28,213 nt of DNA from NCBI GenBank assembly GCA_044347345.1, contig JBIKUX010000029.1, forward strand, positions 1 through 28,213, read 5' to 3'. The notes under the pieces were generated by a model. It was given only the letters and a program-made list of their open reading frames with translations. It made no database searches and was not told where the DNA came from. This document shows positions 27,949-28,213 of the stretch, one piece after another. Within the stretch, counting starts at the first letter, position 1. Every line of letters begins with the position of its first letter. The DNA comes from Bdellovibrionota bacterium (GTDB lineage Bacteria; Bdellovibrionota_C; UBA2361; JBIKUX01). Made by a program: the position numbers and the translations under genes.

Positions 27949-28213
27949 TCTTTTCCTCTGGCCTTTCCTCTGGAACAACCTAAAATAGTAGGTAGGGTAA
28001 GTGAAAATAACTCTGACGGGAATCAAAATACTTCTAAATGAGATTAGAGAAGTGAAAATAACAGCAAGTAGCGACTGCTTAGATTGTTTTTAAGCTCTTT
28101 TTAGTCACTATTTAATGTCTTATCTTATAAATAAGTACACCTATCCCATAGTTTTAAAATCTCTTACTACAGTTTTTTTATTAAAAGCAAGCTAATTGAC
28201 AAGTCTTTGGTGG

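Noticed and set aside
27787..28026. Track ORFs 27787..28026 (-) and 27803..27988 (+)
   Set aside because: Both overlap tRNA-Cys; the WRPEPDSNRR..VLQT translation is the typical antisense-tRNA artefact.
27999..28062. Possible mini-CRISPR (13-bp repeat, 38-nt spacer)
   Set aside because: Only two copies, repeat too short, no cas genes in the window.

Overview
AT-rich bacterial chromosomal window, mostly housekeeping genes: trxA, prmA, an ectoine-type aspartokinase, DciA/DUF721, ftsB-like, eno, a ferritin-like protein, lnt, an OmpA lipoprotein, thiolase, ahcY, DsbD-type reductase, PP2C phosphatase, alaS, DUF445, M48 peptidase, ligase-associated exonuclease, GNAT, radD, rhodanese, a DEAD-box helicase, 7Fe ferredoxin and tRNA-Cys. 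The lipoprotein and periplasmic genes indicate a diderm; taxonomy cannot be fixed from this window. I see no integrase, transposase or CRISPR array. Most interesting observations: (1) a type I hammerhead-ribozyme-like fold (19028-19101) wrapped around the RBS and start codon of the DUF445 gene, with an imperfect stem III; (2) two paralogous pseudo-receiver proteins sharing a C-terminal YxGASxR motif, both preceded by the same sigma28-like promoter geometry; (3) an ORF missing from the track (<1..843, minus) resembling SplB/Rv2578c radical SAM proteins but lacking the CxxxCxxC motif; (4) orphan copies of ask_ect and the ligase-associated exonuclease; (5) a small Cys/Ser-rich putative lipoprotein. 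All family calls are motif recognition by eye, not database searches.
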